IMG/VR virus record: IMGVR_UViG_3300034069_001889
Location: 13,723 to 77,722 of that record
Direction: 5' to 3' (one strand)
From: a virus
Length of the DNA stretch: 64,000 bases
Made by a program: the position numbers and the translations under genes. Of the stretch, positions 42,763 through 51,833 are shown one piece after another. The notes beneath the pieces were generated by a model, which did not search any database, was not told the origin of the DNA, and saw nothing but the letters and a program-made list of their open reading frames with translations. How positions within the stretch are numbered: the stretch's first letter is position 1; every line of letters starts with the position of its first letter.

Positions 42763-44091
42763 TTAAGACCTCTTGATTCTTTCGGCATTGATGTAAGCCG
42801 TCATAATTGAGTTTGCGCCGTTGGAGGCTGTCGCATAATTACAGGAGTAGATGGTCGCGACGCCGCTGGTGACTTGAATGATCAACTCGAAAGGCCACGG
42901 AACGACTTGGTTTGTGCTTACTCCCATGTAGCCAACAGGCGGGCCGGCATTTAGGATTTTTACGTTCGGCAATGTCGAGACCAGAGCTGGACGGGTTGAC
43001 GTACCCGTGCCATTGGCGGCAAACAACCCCCAAAAACAATCTAAGTAGGTGGGTCCGCTTCCATTGTTCATGAACCAGGCCGGAGCTTTCACTCGCCAAG
43101 TTCCCACGCCGAGCGAAAGATTCGCTCCGTTGTAAACATTCCAAAGACCGTTGGCTCCCGTTGTGTTGGTGGACGTCGCAGATAGAGTAGTAAACTCAGC
43201 GTCCAGCGCTTGAGACAAAGAGGATGCAGCAAGCACACTATCCCCAAACGACCGCCGATCCATCTCGGTGGCATTGGCAGAAAGGTAGTTACCAACCGGG
43301 TTACCAAACGCCTGCGCCGCGTCCACGGCCAGCGCCTGAAGCCCTCCCTGCAGACGTTCGAGCTCACTGAACACCTGCACCGAGCCGGGCGACACCTGAT
43401 AGCCCATCTCGACCAAGATCGCATCGGCTTGACCGACCGGCGGCGAGTTGAAGGCAATCGCCGCTCCGTATCCGTTCCCAGCATCAATCTCTTGATAGTT
43501 GCCGTCAGCATTTGTCGAGGCCGCAGCGTTTCCGACGTTGCGGAGCTGCAGCTGACCGTTGCGGTAGACTTTGATGTCTCCAATCTGGTCGCTCGTCGTG
43601 AGACCGGTGCCAACTTTGTAAGTGAACCCAAGGTTGAGAGAGGTCTGCCCGGAGGCGAGGGAATACGTACGACGAACGAAACGACCGTCACCGATCACGA
43701 TCGGATTTGCGGCGATCAGGTCAACTTCACCAAAAACAATGGTTCCGGCCGGAATGCCGGTAGCTAGCGCGCCGAGAAACTGAATGGTCGTGCCGAACAC
43801 CTTGTAAGAGTCGAACGGCAAGAGTCGACCGCCGGTGACCGAGATGTACAGCCTGAGCGACGCGGGATTCGCGTTGATGCCGGCTCCTGCAAGTACTGTC
43901 GGGGCCGGGTTTGCGAAGCCCGGCATCTCTAGCGTGGGGGTCACGAGGTTTAAAAGTGAGAAGCTTCCCTCGCCACCCGTAAACTTGTGCGCAAACTGAA
44001 TGCGTTGCGGAAGACTCGGTCCGTCAATGCTCTGAGCAATCTTCTGCTTCCGGTAGCTCAGCGTTTCTTTGCCAACGATTGCGTTACTCAT
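42763..44091 (-). CDS. Tail/fibre-associated protein (442 aa)
   Basis: Translationally coupled within the fibre operon; beta-rich. Confidence 0.7.
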   Translation of the reverse strand: MSNAIVGKETLSYRKQKIAQSIDGPSLPQRIQFAHKFTGGEGSFSLLNLVTPTLEMPGFANPAPTVLAGAGINANPASLRLYISVTGGRLLPFDSYKVFGTTIQFLGALATGIPAGTIVFGEVDLIAANPIVIGDGRFVRRTYSLASGQTSLNLGFTYKVGTGLTTSDQIGDIKVYRNGQLQLRNVGNAAASTNADGNYQEIDAGNGYGAAIAFNSPPVGQADAILVEMGYQVSPGSVQVFSELERLQGGLQALAVDAAQAFGNPVGNYLSANATEMDRRSFGDSVLAASSLSQALDAEFTTLSATSTNTTGANGLWNVYNGANLSLGVGTWRVKAPAWFMNNGSGPTYLDCFWGLFAANGTGTSTRPALVSTLPNVKILNAGPPVGYMGVSTNQVVPWPFELIIQVTSGVATIYSCNYATASNGANSIMTAYINAERIKRS

Positions 44092-44852
44092 TAGAGATCC
44101 TCAAGGGGCGTATTGGTCCAACCGACGATCGGAGCAGACGCGTGAGTTGAAAATGAACCCGTGGTAAACGTAAACACTGTTGTGATCCCGGCAAACGCCC
44201 CGGTGTTGGTGCCATTGTACGCATACGCAAAACGAAGTTGATTAGCGCTATGAGGAATCAAAAGTCCTTGATTCAATTCATTGTTGCCCGGGTACAGTCC
44301 TTGCCATAAACCAACCGATGAATACGCGCTGAGCGTATTGATTGCGGTATTCGGACTAGCCGGTTTTTGGCTTAGATCAAGTGCAATATTGGTAGGCACG
44401 TTTAAAAACATGGGAGTGTTGCTCCCTGTTCCAGCCGAACTCCATGCAATATCCCACTCCATCAGCCACTCAGTCCCGCTACGCTTCCATTTGGCGACAT
44501 TATTGATGATCGTGCCGTAGGTGGGGTTGGTGGCAGCGCTAACAATAGCACCGGCAGCATTGGAGGAAAAGGGAACCCATAACGATTCGGGCTTCCCGCG
44601 GATGGTCACGAAGTTACCAAACGCCGTACCGGACGAATAGAATGCGCCAACGAGCTTCCACCCGGCCGTGCCAGGGCCGACCGAGTTCACGTTTTGTGAG
44701 ACTACTAAACCAGCACTTGTGAAGTAAATCATGTAGAGCGAATTGGCGACGAGCCCACTGACCGCGACCGTGTACGTCTGACCGTTGAGAACGGCCGTGA
44801 TGGTCCCGCCGGACTGAGTGAGGCTATTAACCTGGAGCTGTCTTGCTGCCAT
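44091..44852 (-). CDS. Fibre-tip/receptor-binding-type protein C (253 aa)
   Basis: YMIY...NSVGPGT..WKLVGAF...FVTIRG; ends TPLEDL; paralogue of 44853..45674. Confidence 0.7.
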   Translation of the reverse strand: MAARQLQVNSLTQSGGTITAVLNGQTYTVAVSGLVANSLYMIYFTSAGLVVSQNVNSVGPGTAGWKLVGAFYSSGTAFGNFVTIRGKPESLWVPFSSNAAGAIVSAATNPTYGTIINNVAKWKRSGTEWLMEWDIAWSSAGTGSNTPMFLNVPTNIALDLSQKPASPNTAINTLSAYSSVGLWQGLYPGNNELNQGLLIPHSANQLRFAYAYNGTNTGAFAGITTVFTFTTGSFSTHASAPIVGWTNTPLEDL

Positions 44853-45674
44853 TTATAAATCCTCCAGAGGTGTGGTCGACCATCCAAGGATGGGTATCAT
44901 GGCGTCGATCGAATGCCGCTGTACCGCGCTTTGACCAAAATAGAAGTTTGACGACGAGAAGGTAAAGATTCCGCCGGCCTGATTCAGCTTGTTGAAATTT
45001 ACGGCAATTCTAAACCGGGTCGCATCGTAAGGGTAAATCTCTCCGGCACCGAAGCTAGTACCGTCAGAAACAGTCACGGCACCAAGCCCGCCGGTAAAAA
45101 TTGGCGCGTTGTTCTGATATACCGTCGTAGTAAAGGTGGCTTTATTCGGATCAAACTGAAAAGCAGGTAGCGCCCACTGGTAGTCACCTGAACCCGGGTT
45201 TGTGCCAGTAGTGACCGTGCCAGCGTAGTTCCAGACATAGTGCATGTGATCGCCATCCTGGGCGACGCGTAAGGTCTCTGTAACGCCCGTAGTGGGACGT
45301 AACGGTGCCGAGCCTGTTGCGGTAATGGTGGGAACCGGTGCCGACGTTAGCTGGCTTTTAGGTACTCCTCGGATCGTTACAAATGCGCCGAACGCGTTGG
45401 TGAACGCCAAAAACGCGCCCACCAACTTCCACGCACTGGTTCCCGGACCAACGGAATTCGCGTTCGTCGAGGTCACGAGCGAAACGACGTTGTTGGTCAC
45501 AACCGCGTAGATCATGTACGTCGAGGCCGCGACGATGTTGGCCGGCGTCACGCTCAAGGACGTGGTCGTCCGGTATTGCTGGCCACCGATCGTCAGGAGC
45601 GATGGCGCAAGGGTGATCACTCCATTCGCTTGCGTCAGCGCGCCAATTTTATCATCAAACAGCCTGAATCCCAT
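44853..45674 (-). CDS. Fibre-tip/receptor-binding-type protein D (273 aa)
   Basis: Same motifs and same TPLEDL C-terminus as 44091..44852. Confidence 0.7.
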   Translation of the reverse strand: MGFRLFDDKIGALTQANGVITLAPSLLTIGGQQYRTTTSLSVTPANIVAASTYMIYAVVTNNVVSLVTSTNANSVGPGTSAWKLVGAFLAFTNAFGAFVTIRGVPKSQLTSAPVPTITATGSAPLRPTTGVTETLRVAQDGDHMHYVWNYAGTVTTGTNPGSGDYQWALPAFQFDPNKATFTTTVYQNNAPIFTGGLGAVTVSDGTSFGAGEIYPYDATRFRIAVNFNKLNQAGGIFTFSSSNFYFGQSAVQRHSIDAMIPILGWSTTPLEDL

Positions 45675-46097
45675 TTATACCGCCGTAAGCTTGAAGGTAA
45701 CTTGGTTCACAAATCCCGTGGGCGCTATTCCATTTATAGTTCCCGCCACCGCCGCGGCGATGCCGAGTGTCTGGCCCTGGGTTACAGAAATAGGAATACC
45801 GCCACCGGCAGCGCCTCCCGCCGTCGACGAGTTGGTCAGAAATCCTGCGCCAGCCCCCGCGAGTAAAGCGTAACATCCTGAGTTTGCAGAGGCGGGCGTC
45901 CACACGACGGAAATCTCACACAAAGCATTGAAGGGCACGGTCAGAAGACCGGTCGAGACGTTGTAGAGCGGAGACGCGAGGTCTCTAATTTTGGTGTCGT
46001 ACTTTAAAACAGCGTTAAGCGCGACACTCTGGCTCGTGGTAAGTCCATACGTCACAAACACGACCGTGGCCGGGATTTGTTTAACTATCGTTCCCAT
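45675..46097 (-). CDS. C1q/TNF-like beta-sandwich protein (140 aa)
   Basis: LKYDTKIRD....YNVSTGLLTVP...V.QGQTL pattern. Confidence 0.6.
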   Translation of the reverse strand: MGTIVKQIPATVVFVTYGLTTSQSVALNAVLKYDTKIRDLASPLYNVSTGLLTVPFNALCEISVVWTPASANSGCYALLAGAGAGFLTNSSTAGGAAGGGIPISVTQGQTLGIAAAVAGTINGIAPTGFVNQVTFKLTAV

Positions 46098-48280
46098 TAG
46101 GGCACCGTCTTAATAATAATATTGTCGTTATTGTCGAGGGCGATTTCTCGCATCGTTCCATCAGGACGGCGAAGCTTGATGCCTACGCCGGCCGAAGAAA
46201 AGTCAAAGTTTGTGTCCGTTGACCCGAGGCCATTTGCCGCGAACACGGCCGAGAGTTTGTCCGTGTTGTAGCCGTTTTTGAGCGGAGTTTGCTCAAAGAT
46301 CAATCTGATCGTCTTGCCCGGCGCGAGGAACGTCCCTGGCGCAAACACCACGGTATTGCCGTTCACGGCAAACTTAGGAAAGCGGTAAACGGTGTCGTTG
46401 TCCGTGTCGTAGACTTTTAAAGTTCGAGGACTGACGTTGAAGTTGGTGATTGCGAAAACCTGCTGATCTGCGGAGCCGTTGACATCGAACGCCTGAAACT
46501 CCTCGGTGTCCGCCGGCATGGACAGCGTGTCTTCTTCGTAGAAAACACCGTACCCGGCGAGTGAGGCCGCCGCCGTTCCGCTCGTGATCCGCACGCGCAG
46601 ATCGTAGGGCGTACCGGAAAGGGAGTAGACCAACGCAAAATTCGAGAACGTCGTTTTATCCCAGGTCGTTCCGTTGAAGTAAGCGTAGCCCGGCGAGCCC
46701 GGCCCACCGCGCCACACGAGGCCACCATTGTTCTGGGCCAAGTTTGCCAAAAAGGTGGCGTCGACTTTCAAAGCTACGTAGTAGCTGCCGGCCAGAAGCG
46801 GCTGCGTGAACTTAAAGTTCACGGTCTGGTCCGCCGTGTTGCTGATGCTCGAAACCGCGACGGGCGTTGATTCGGCGATTAAAGTCGTGAGGTCCGACGT
46901 GTAGACTTGCGCCACAACTTGTCCGGCGCCGTTGTTGATTCTGGAAAGTAACGCGCTAAAGTTCGTGACGCGTGCCTTTGCCGTAACTGAAAAGGGTACG
47001 GCAATTCTCTGGGAGGTCGGCCCGAAGTTGGTGCCTCCGTTTTGTCCGGACTGCGACGAAATCGTATTGACTGACGTCGGCTCCGGGAAGACCACGACAC
47101 CACGAAACTTACTCGAAGCACCGACGCGCGTCATCGCGGCCGTGGACCAATTTAATCCACCGTCGCGCGAAAGCTCATACGTTGCGGCCGTGTCTACCGC
47201 GCTCCAGAGCACCTGCAATTCAGCAGACAGGCTGTCGGAAAGACTCGCCAAAAATGTAGCGTCGTAGTTTTGCGTGGACAACAGGCGCTGTCCAACCGTC
47301 GGCAGGGAGTAGACACTATTTGCCGTGTCATAAGTTCCCGTCGAACTCGCGTCGATTTTCTTATCCGCATCGACCGAAATGATATTCGGGGTCATGCAAT
47401 TGAAAAAAGACGATTCCAGACGATCTTGAAGTTCGAGTTGGAACGCGTTCGCGTCCCCGGTGCCCCCGCCACCACCGCCCCCGGCGCCAAAGCGGTGGAT
47501 GCGCGAAACGCCGCCAACCATATTCTCGACGATGGCCGAAGCCGACCCGATGGTTTTAAAAGCAGTCGCGGCGGTAGCTTCGACGTCGACCCAACCAATC
47601 GGCAGGCCTGACTTAATGAAGACGGTGCCGGCGTTCGGAAGCCCCGCCAGGCTCGTGGCCGCGGCCGAGAAAATGACTTGGATGGATCCGCTCGCCAGAA
47701 GGTTGTACCCCACGCGGCGGTACTGACCCACGGTCGTGGTGGGCGCGGTCGTGCCCACGAACGTAGCCCCGGTCGTGGCTCCGGTTTGGAGGTCGTGGGT
47801 CGAAAGACTCACCGACGCAATCAAATTCGAAACTGGCGGAGCTTGCGTGTCCGTCCCGTCCGAATTCGTTACGACATTCGGCGCGATCTTGATTTTCGAA
47901 TCCGTGCCGGTGTTCGCCGTCAACTTGAGCGGCTGATTCTCGTACGAAATGCTCGACAAACTCCAACGTCCGGCCGCGGTCGTGTCGTCCGTGAGGCTGA
48001 TCGTGATCATAGTATCTTGGTTGAGACTATGGAGACGGGCCCCGGTCGAGTCTTGAATAGTGACGACGCCGGTCGAGCGGTTTACGAAGAGAAATTGAGT
48101 GCCACCCGTTCCGTTCGACCCGCCGTCACACTTTGTTGCATCGGGTAAAGTAAACGCGTGGGTGTTGGTGCCAGAAATGAACTGAACGGTTTGCGAGTTC
48201 GGGGCGAGCGTCGTTGTTCCGCCCGACGCAGTAGTACGTACAAAGCGCTGGACAAGAGCGCCACGTCGAAAATATGCCAA
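46097..48280 (-). CDS. Multi-domain tail/fibre protein (727 aa)
   Basis: N-terminal FTLPDA...FLFVNRSTG module, Gly5 hinge and several beta-sandwich domains. Confidence 0.75.
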   Translation of the reverse strand: MAYFRRGALVQRFVRTTASGGTTTLAPNSQTVQFISGTNTHAFTLPDATKCDGGSNGTGGTQFLFVNRSTGVVTIQDSTGARLHSLNQDTMITISLTDDTTAAGRWSLSSISYENQPLKLTANTGTDSKIKIAPNVVTNSDGTDTQAPPVSNLIASVSLSTHDLQTGATTGATFVGTTAPTTTVGQYRRVGYNLLASGSIQVIFSAAATSLAGLPNAGTVFIKSGLPIGWVDVEATAATAFKTIGSASAIVENMVGGVSRIHRFGAGGGGGGGTGDANAFQLELQDRLESSFFNCMTPNIISVDADKKIDASSTGTYDTANSVYSLPTVGQRLLSTQNYDATFLASLSDSLSAELQVLWSAVDTAATYELSRDGGLNWSTAAMTRVGASSKFRGVVVFPEPTSVNTISSQSGQNGGTNFGPTSQRIAVPFSVTAKARVTNFSALLSRINNGAGQVVAQVYTSDLTTLIAESTPVAVSSISNTADQTVNFKFTQPLLAGSYYVALKVDATFLANLAQNNGGLVWRGGPGSPGYAYFNGTTWDKTTFSNFALVYSLSGTPYDLRVRITSGTAAASLAGYGVFYEEDTLSMPADTEEFQAFDVNGSADQQVFAITNFNVSPRTLKVYDTDNDTVYRFPKFAVNGNTVVFAPGTFLAPGKTIRLIFEQTPLKNGYNTDKLSAVFAANGLGSTDTNFDFSSAGVGIKLRRPDGTMREIALDNNDNIIIKTVP

Positions 48281-48329
48281 ATTGTCTCCCTACGCCAATG
48301 AAGGCCGCCCCGAAGAGCCTAGTGATGTG

Positions 48330-48338
48330 ATTCTACCA
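48330..48338 (-). promoter_or_regulatory. Extended -10 promoter candidate TGGTAGAAT
   Basis: Intergenic, 50 nt upstream of 48280. Confidence 0.55.
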
Positions 48339-48361
48339 AAGCTAAAGAGCCACGCCCACGG

Positions 48362-48568
48362 CTATTCGTCTTCGTCGCAGCCGATGCATTCGATTTTCTC
48401 GCCAACATTTTCAAGAAGAGCGATCGCCGCTTTCAGACGCCTGATGTTGCACCCGAGTCGCTGAAGGGCTTTCCAATCGGCGTAATGGGTCATGTAGTAG
48501 AAAATACCGTCATCTTCGACCTTGTGCTTCATATAAACAAGGTCGGCCTGATCTGATTCTTTACTCAA
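48362..48568 (-). CDS. Small hypothetical protein (68 aa)
   Basis: Fills the gap between two large tail genes; weak RBS. Confidence 0.5.
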   Translation of the reverse strand: MSKESDQADLVYMKHKVEDDGIFYYMTHYADWKALQRLGCNIRRLKAAIALLENVGEKIECIGCDEDE

Positions 48569-48584
48569 CTTTTATTGCCCCCGG

Positions 48585-51500
48585 TTAAGCTTGGTCCCTC
48601 AGCACGTAGTCTAACAGGTAGTTATTTGTATCGAGACCAGAATTCCACCGAACGGTGAAGCCATTCTTGGTCTTTTGAGAAATCAAGGGCGACTGGAGCA
48701 TGGGATCCGCGTCCGTCGTGTTCTCAAATACGGGGACCACTCTGTAGGCAGCCGTGGTCCGGGCCGTGCCGAAATTCACGGTAACCGACGTCGTACCAGA
48801 CGCAAGCGGCACAAGCCCCGACGCGCTGGCCGTCTGGTAGCCAGATTGAGCCGCGTCAAGTTTACCAATGGCCGTGACGATGCTGTCCGACTCTTGGATA
48901 AAATTAGTGCTGTTGTAGCCGTGATCGGAGGCGTCGGGAGCGCTGCTGCCCGATCCAAGCCACTGGATGAGCTCGGAGGAGATCGTGCCGCCCAGGTCTG
49001 AGCTTTCCCCGCTGCTGTTGAAGCTGTAGGGGGAAAAGTTCGAGAACAGCCGTCCGCCGATGTTCCAGAAAAGCGGGAACTGACGCTTACCAGCCCGGTC
49101 GAGCACGCCATCGCCAAAATTCACGATGGACGTGGTTAGCGTCGTGTCCGTATCTTCGTCGGGAATGAGCGTGAGGAGGGCCGCTCCATCCGGAATGACA
49201 ATGCCGGCGGGTCCGGTTGCGGGAATCGTGTAAACGCCATCTCGGTTAAAGAAGCGAATGGTGATGGCACTCAAAACGAGTGTATCGGTCCCGGCTTTAG
49301 CCCAGGAGACCGAGCCCGCGGCCCCGAACAAATGATTCAGGTCGTAAAGGCGTTTGATGACGCTTTTTTCGCCGACGAGGTAGTCGGATACGGCCAGCAC
49401 GTCGTCTGAGGCCCGCCAGAACGCGAGGTAAACGTCACTGTCCTGGCAGAACACTTGCTCGCGGAGCGTACTCTTGAGGCCGGCCGTGGAGCGCGCCCAC
49501 GAGCCTGCGGCCGAAGGGTTAGCCCAGAAATGGTAGAGCTCGCCGCGGGGGCCGAAGTACACGCTCACGTCGTTAAACGTCGACGAGTAGGTCGGGGTAG
49601 GCTGAGTTACGACCGGCGGAGGCTGCGTTACAATATAGCGCTTCCCGTAGCCAACCGAGAACGGGCACGCGTCGTACGGAGGGATAGCAAACGTAGAACC
49701 ATCGGTGCTGGTGTACGTGCGTACATTTGGCCCACTCGACCCTTGGAACGCCACGTTTGGCTTTTGCTGAAACACAACAACGTAGGTAAGCCCGCCGGTC
49801 AGAGCAACTTCTTGATCGAGGCCATACCCGGTTTCGGCATAGCCACTCTGATAATTCTGAATCGTGGCGTCCGGAATGGTGCCTTGCGACAGCACCGTTG
49901 TTCCAGGTGCTCCGTTCGCGCTTGCGGTCATAATCCTAAACGGAATGCCTTCGGACGGACCGTACTTGAAGCATTTAAACGAAATATTGTAAATGCTTAC
50001 GTCTTGAGATGGGGTAAACGGAATCGAAACGTAGAGGTTGTTCGGGTACTGCAAAGCCGAGCCCGCAATGGGGCCCGTGACTCGGTAAACTTCCGTCAGC
50101 ACCGTGGTCACGGTCGGCTGAGTGGTCGGTGCGGGATCAGGATTTTGTGGTGCAGTCGGGACCGCGGCTACGATCGGATCAAGAGTCCCGATGGAATAAA
50201 GCGTCTCAAGATTATAGCTGATCTTGTTGATGGGACCATTCAAGTAGAGGTAATCCGCGTATAGGCGGTTCATTCCGTCGACGGTCGCCGAGAAGTCCAA
50301 GATCATCTCGTCGTCGAGAAGGTAGGCCTTGTACCCAAACTTTGTTTTGAAGCGCGCGTTGTAAACGCCCATGCCGTACTGGCCCGAGCCTTTGTCGTGG
50401 CGCCAAAACGCAAACAATTCCTTATTGTCGGTCCGAACGAGCTGAACGCGGTCAGCCCCTGTATTGCCCATTAAGAGGCCAGTTGCGCGGTTATAAACTT
50501 CCGTTTGGAGTTCAACCACCGACCCGACTTGCGTGGGCGCAGCGCTGGGCAATGCCGAAGCTGCGTCGTAGGTGTAAAGGTAGGCGCGCGCAAGGTCCGC
50601 ATTTTCAAACGCCAGGAATATAACGTTGTCGTCGTCGTCCTTCGCGAAGGTCGGACGGGCCAGGTTTGACGAGAGGTTGATCCACTGGATGTAGGGTGTG
50701 ATCACCGATCCGTCGGACGCCAAGCGCACGTAACCAATTTCTCGGGCCGTGCCCGAGAGCTCGCGCGTGACCGCCACGTGAATCGTGTAGTCATTCGGCC
50801 GGCCGGAAACAACGAGCGCCACCTCGTGCATGGGCTTAAGAGACGTGTAGACTTGCGTTTCGTTGACCACGACCAAGTTGGCCACGGTCACTCGCTTGGT
50901 AAATAAGCTCGACCCGCGGACGTAAGCCACGTCGATGCTACCGTCAAAGTTTGGTGCCGCCGAGTACGAATCCACGGTCGTGGCTACGTCAAACGTCGGG
51001 CCCGCCGTGTTGTCGTCACCCATAATCTGCATGCGCAGGGTCTGACCGTCGAGCCACGTGACGAGCGTTTGCCCGCTCGCTTCAAACCGTTTGTTTTGAA
51101 TCGAGCTCATCGTGCCCGAACCAAAAGCCTGGGAAGCGTCGACATAAGTCGTGTCGCTGTCCGTAAACGTCGGGCCCACGATTGCTTTGACCTGACCGAT
51201 ACGGTGGCGGCTGTCCACAGGCTTACGGAAAGCCAGCACGTCGATGCGGTCAAATGCCTGCTGCACGGTCACGGGAGCCGCAATTTTTTGCAAAACGGTC
51301 GGCGCAACGCGCGTAACGTCGAGGCCATCCGGTCCGGTCAACGTTCCCGGCTGAACCGTAAATGTATTTGCATCTTTCGTGACGTCGGTGCCGCTCGAAA
51401 CTCCGGTCAGGCCAGAATTCTTGGCAAACTGCGCCTGCTCCGCCACCCGCTCTTTGATCTGAAGTCGGGGAAGGGACCGCCAGGACGTGCCGTCCCACTC

Positions 51501-51830
51501 GGCCACGAGCACGACCATATTGTTAACGTCTTGCGGACGTTTGATGAAAACGGGCGTGATGAGCTCGCCGGCCACTTCGATGGGCGAAGAAATCGAGACC
51601 GCAACGAAGTAGGGGGCCTGCATGTTCGCAGGCAAGTTCGCAGATAGGGGTACGTCAATGTCAACGATCTGGCCATTTTGGACGATGACGACGGGCTGGA
51701 TCGAGACGACACCGCCCGACTGCGTGACTTGTCCCCCGCTCATCACGCCATTGCGGCCGACGAGCAAAGCATCTTTGTCATTGAATGTCTTTGATCTGTA
51801 GGGCGCCGCGAAGCGGATGAACTTCTTCAC
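48585..51830 (-). CDS. Large tail/baseplate appendage protein (1081 aa)
   Basis: Propeller-like middle, Pro/Thr-flanked inserted beta-sandwich, C-terminal H-type-lectin-like module. Confidence 0.8.
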   Translation of the reverse strand: MKKFIRFAAPYRSKTFNDKDALLVGRNGVMSGGQVTQSGGVVSIQPVVIVQNGQIVDIDVPLSANLPANMQAPYFVAVSISSPIEVAGELITPVFIKRPQDVNNMVVLVAEWDGTSWRSLPRLQIKERVAEQAQFAKNSGLTGVSSGTDVTKDANTFTVQPGTLTGPDGLDVTRVAPTVLQKIAAPVTVQQAFDRIDVLAFRKPVDSRHRIGQVKAIVGPTFTDSDTTYVDASQAFGSGTMSSIQNKRFEASGQTLVTWLDGQTLRMQIMGDDNTAGPTFDVATTVDSYSAAPNFDGSIDVAYVRGSSLFTKRVTVANLVVVNETQVYTSLKPMHEVALVVSGRPNDYTIHVAVTRELSGTAREIGYVRLASDGSVITPYIQWINLSSNLARPTFAKDDDDNVIFLAFENADLARAYLYTYDAASALPSAAPTQVGSVVELQTEVYNRATGLLMGNTGADRVQLVRTDNKELFAFWRHDKGSGQYGMGVYNARFKTKFGYKAYLLDDEMILDFSATVDGMNRLYADYLYLNGPINKISYNLETLYSIGTLDPIVAAVPTAPQNPDPAPTTQPTVTTVLTEVYRVTGPIAGSALQYPNNLYVSIPFTPSQDVSIYNISFKCFKYGPSEGIPFRIMTASANGAPGTTVLSQGTIPDATIQNYQSGYAETGYGLDQEVALTGGLTYVVVFQQKPNVAFQGSSGPNVRTYTSTDGSTFAIPPYDACPFSVGYGKRYIVTQPPPVVTQPTPTYSSTFNDVSVYFGPRGELYHFWANPSAAGSWARSTAGLKSTLREQVFCQDSDVYLAFWRASDDVLAVSDYLVGEKSVIKRLYDLNHLFGAAGSVSWAKAGTDTLVLSAITIRFFNRDGVYTIPATGPAGIVIPDGAALLTLIPDEDTDTTLTTSIVNFGDGVLDRAGKRQFPLFWNIGGRLFSNFSPYSFNSSGESSDLGGTISSELIQWLGSGSSAPDASDHGYNSTNFIQESDSIVTAIGKLDAAQSGYQTASASGLVPLASGTTSVTVNFGTARTTAAYRVVPVFENTTDADPMLQSPLISQKTKNGFTVRWNSGLDTNNYLLDYVLRDQA

Positions 51831-51833
51831 TAA

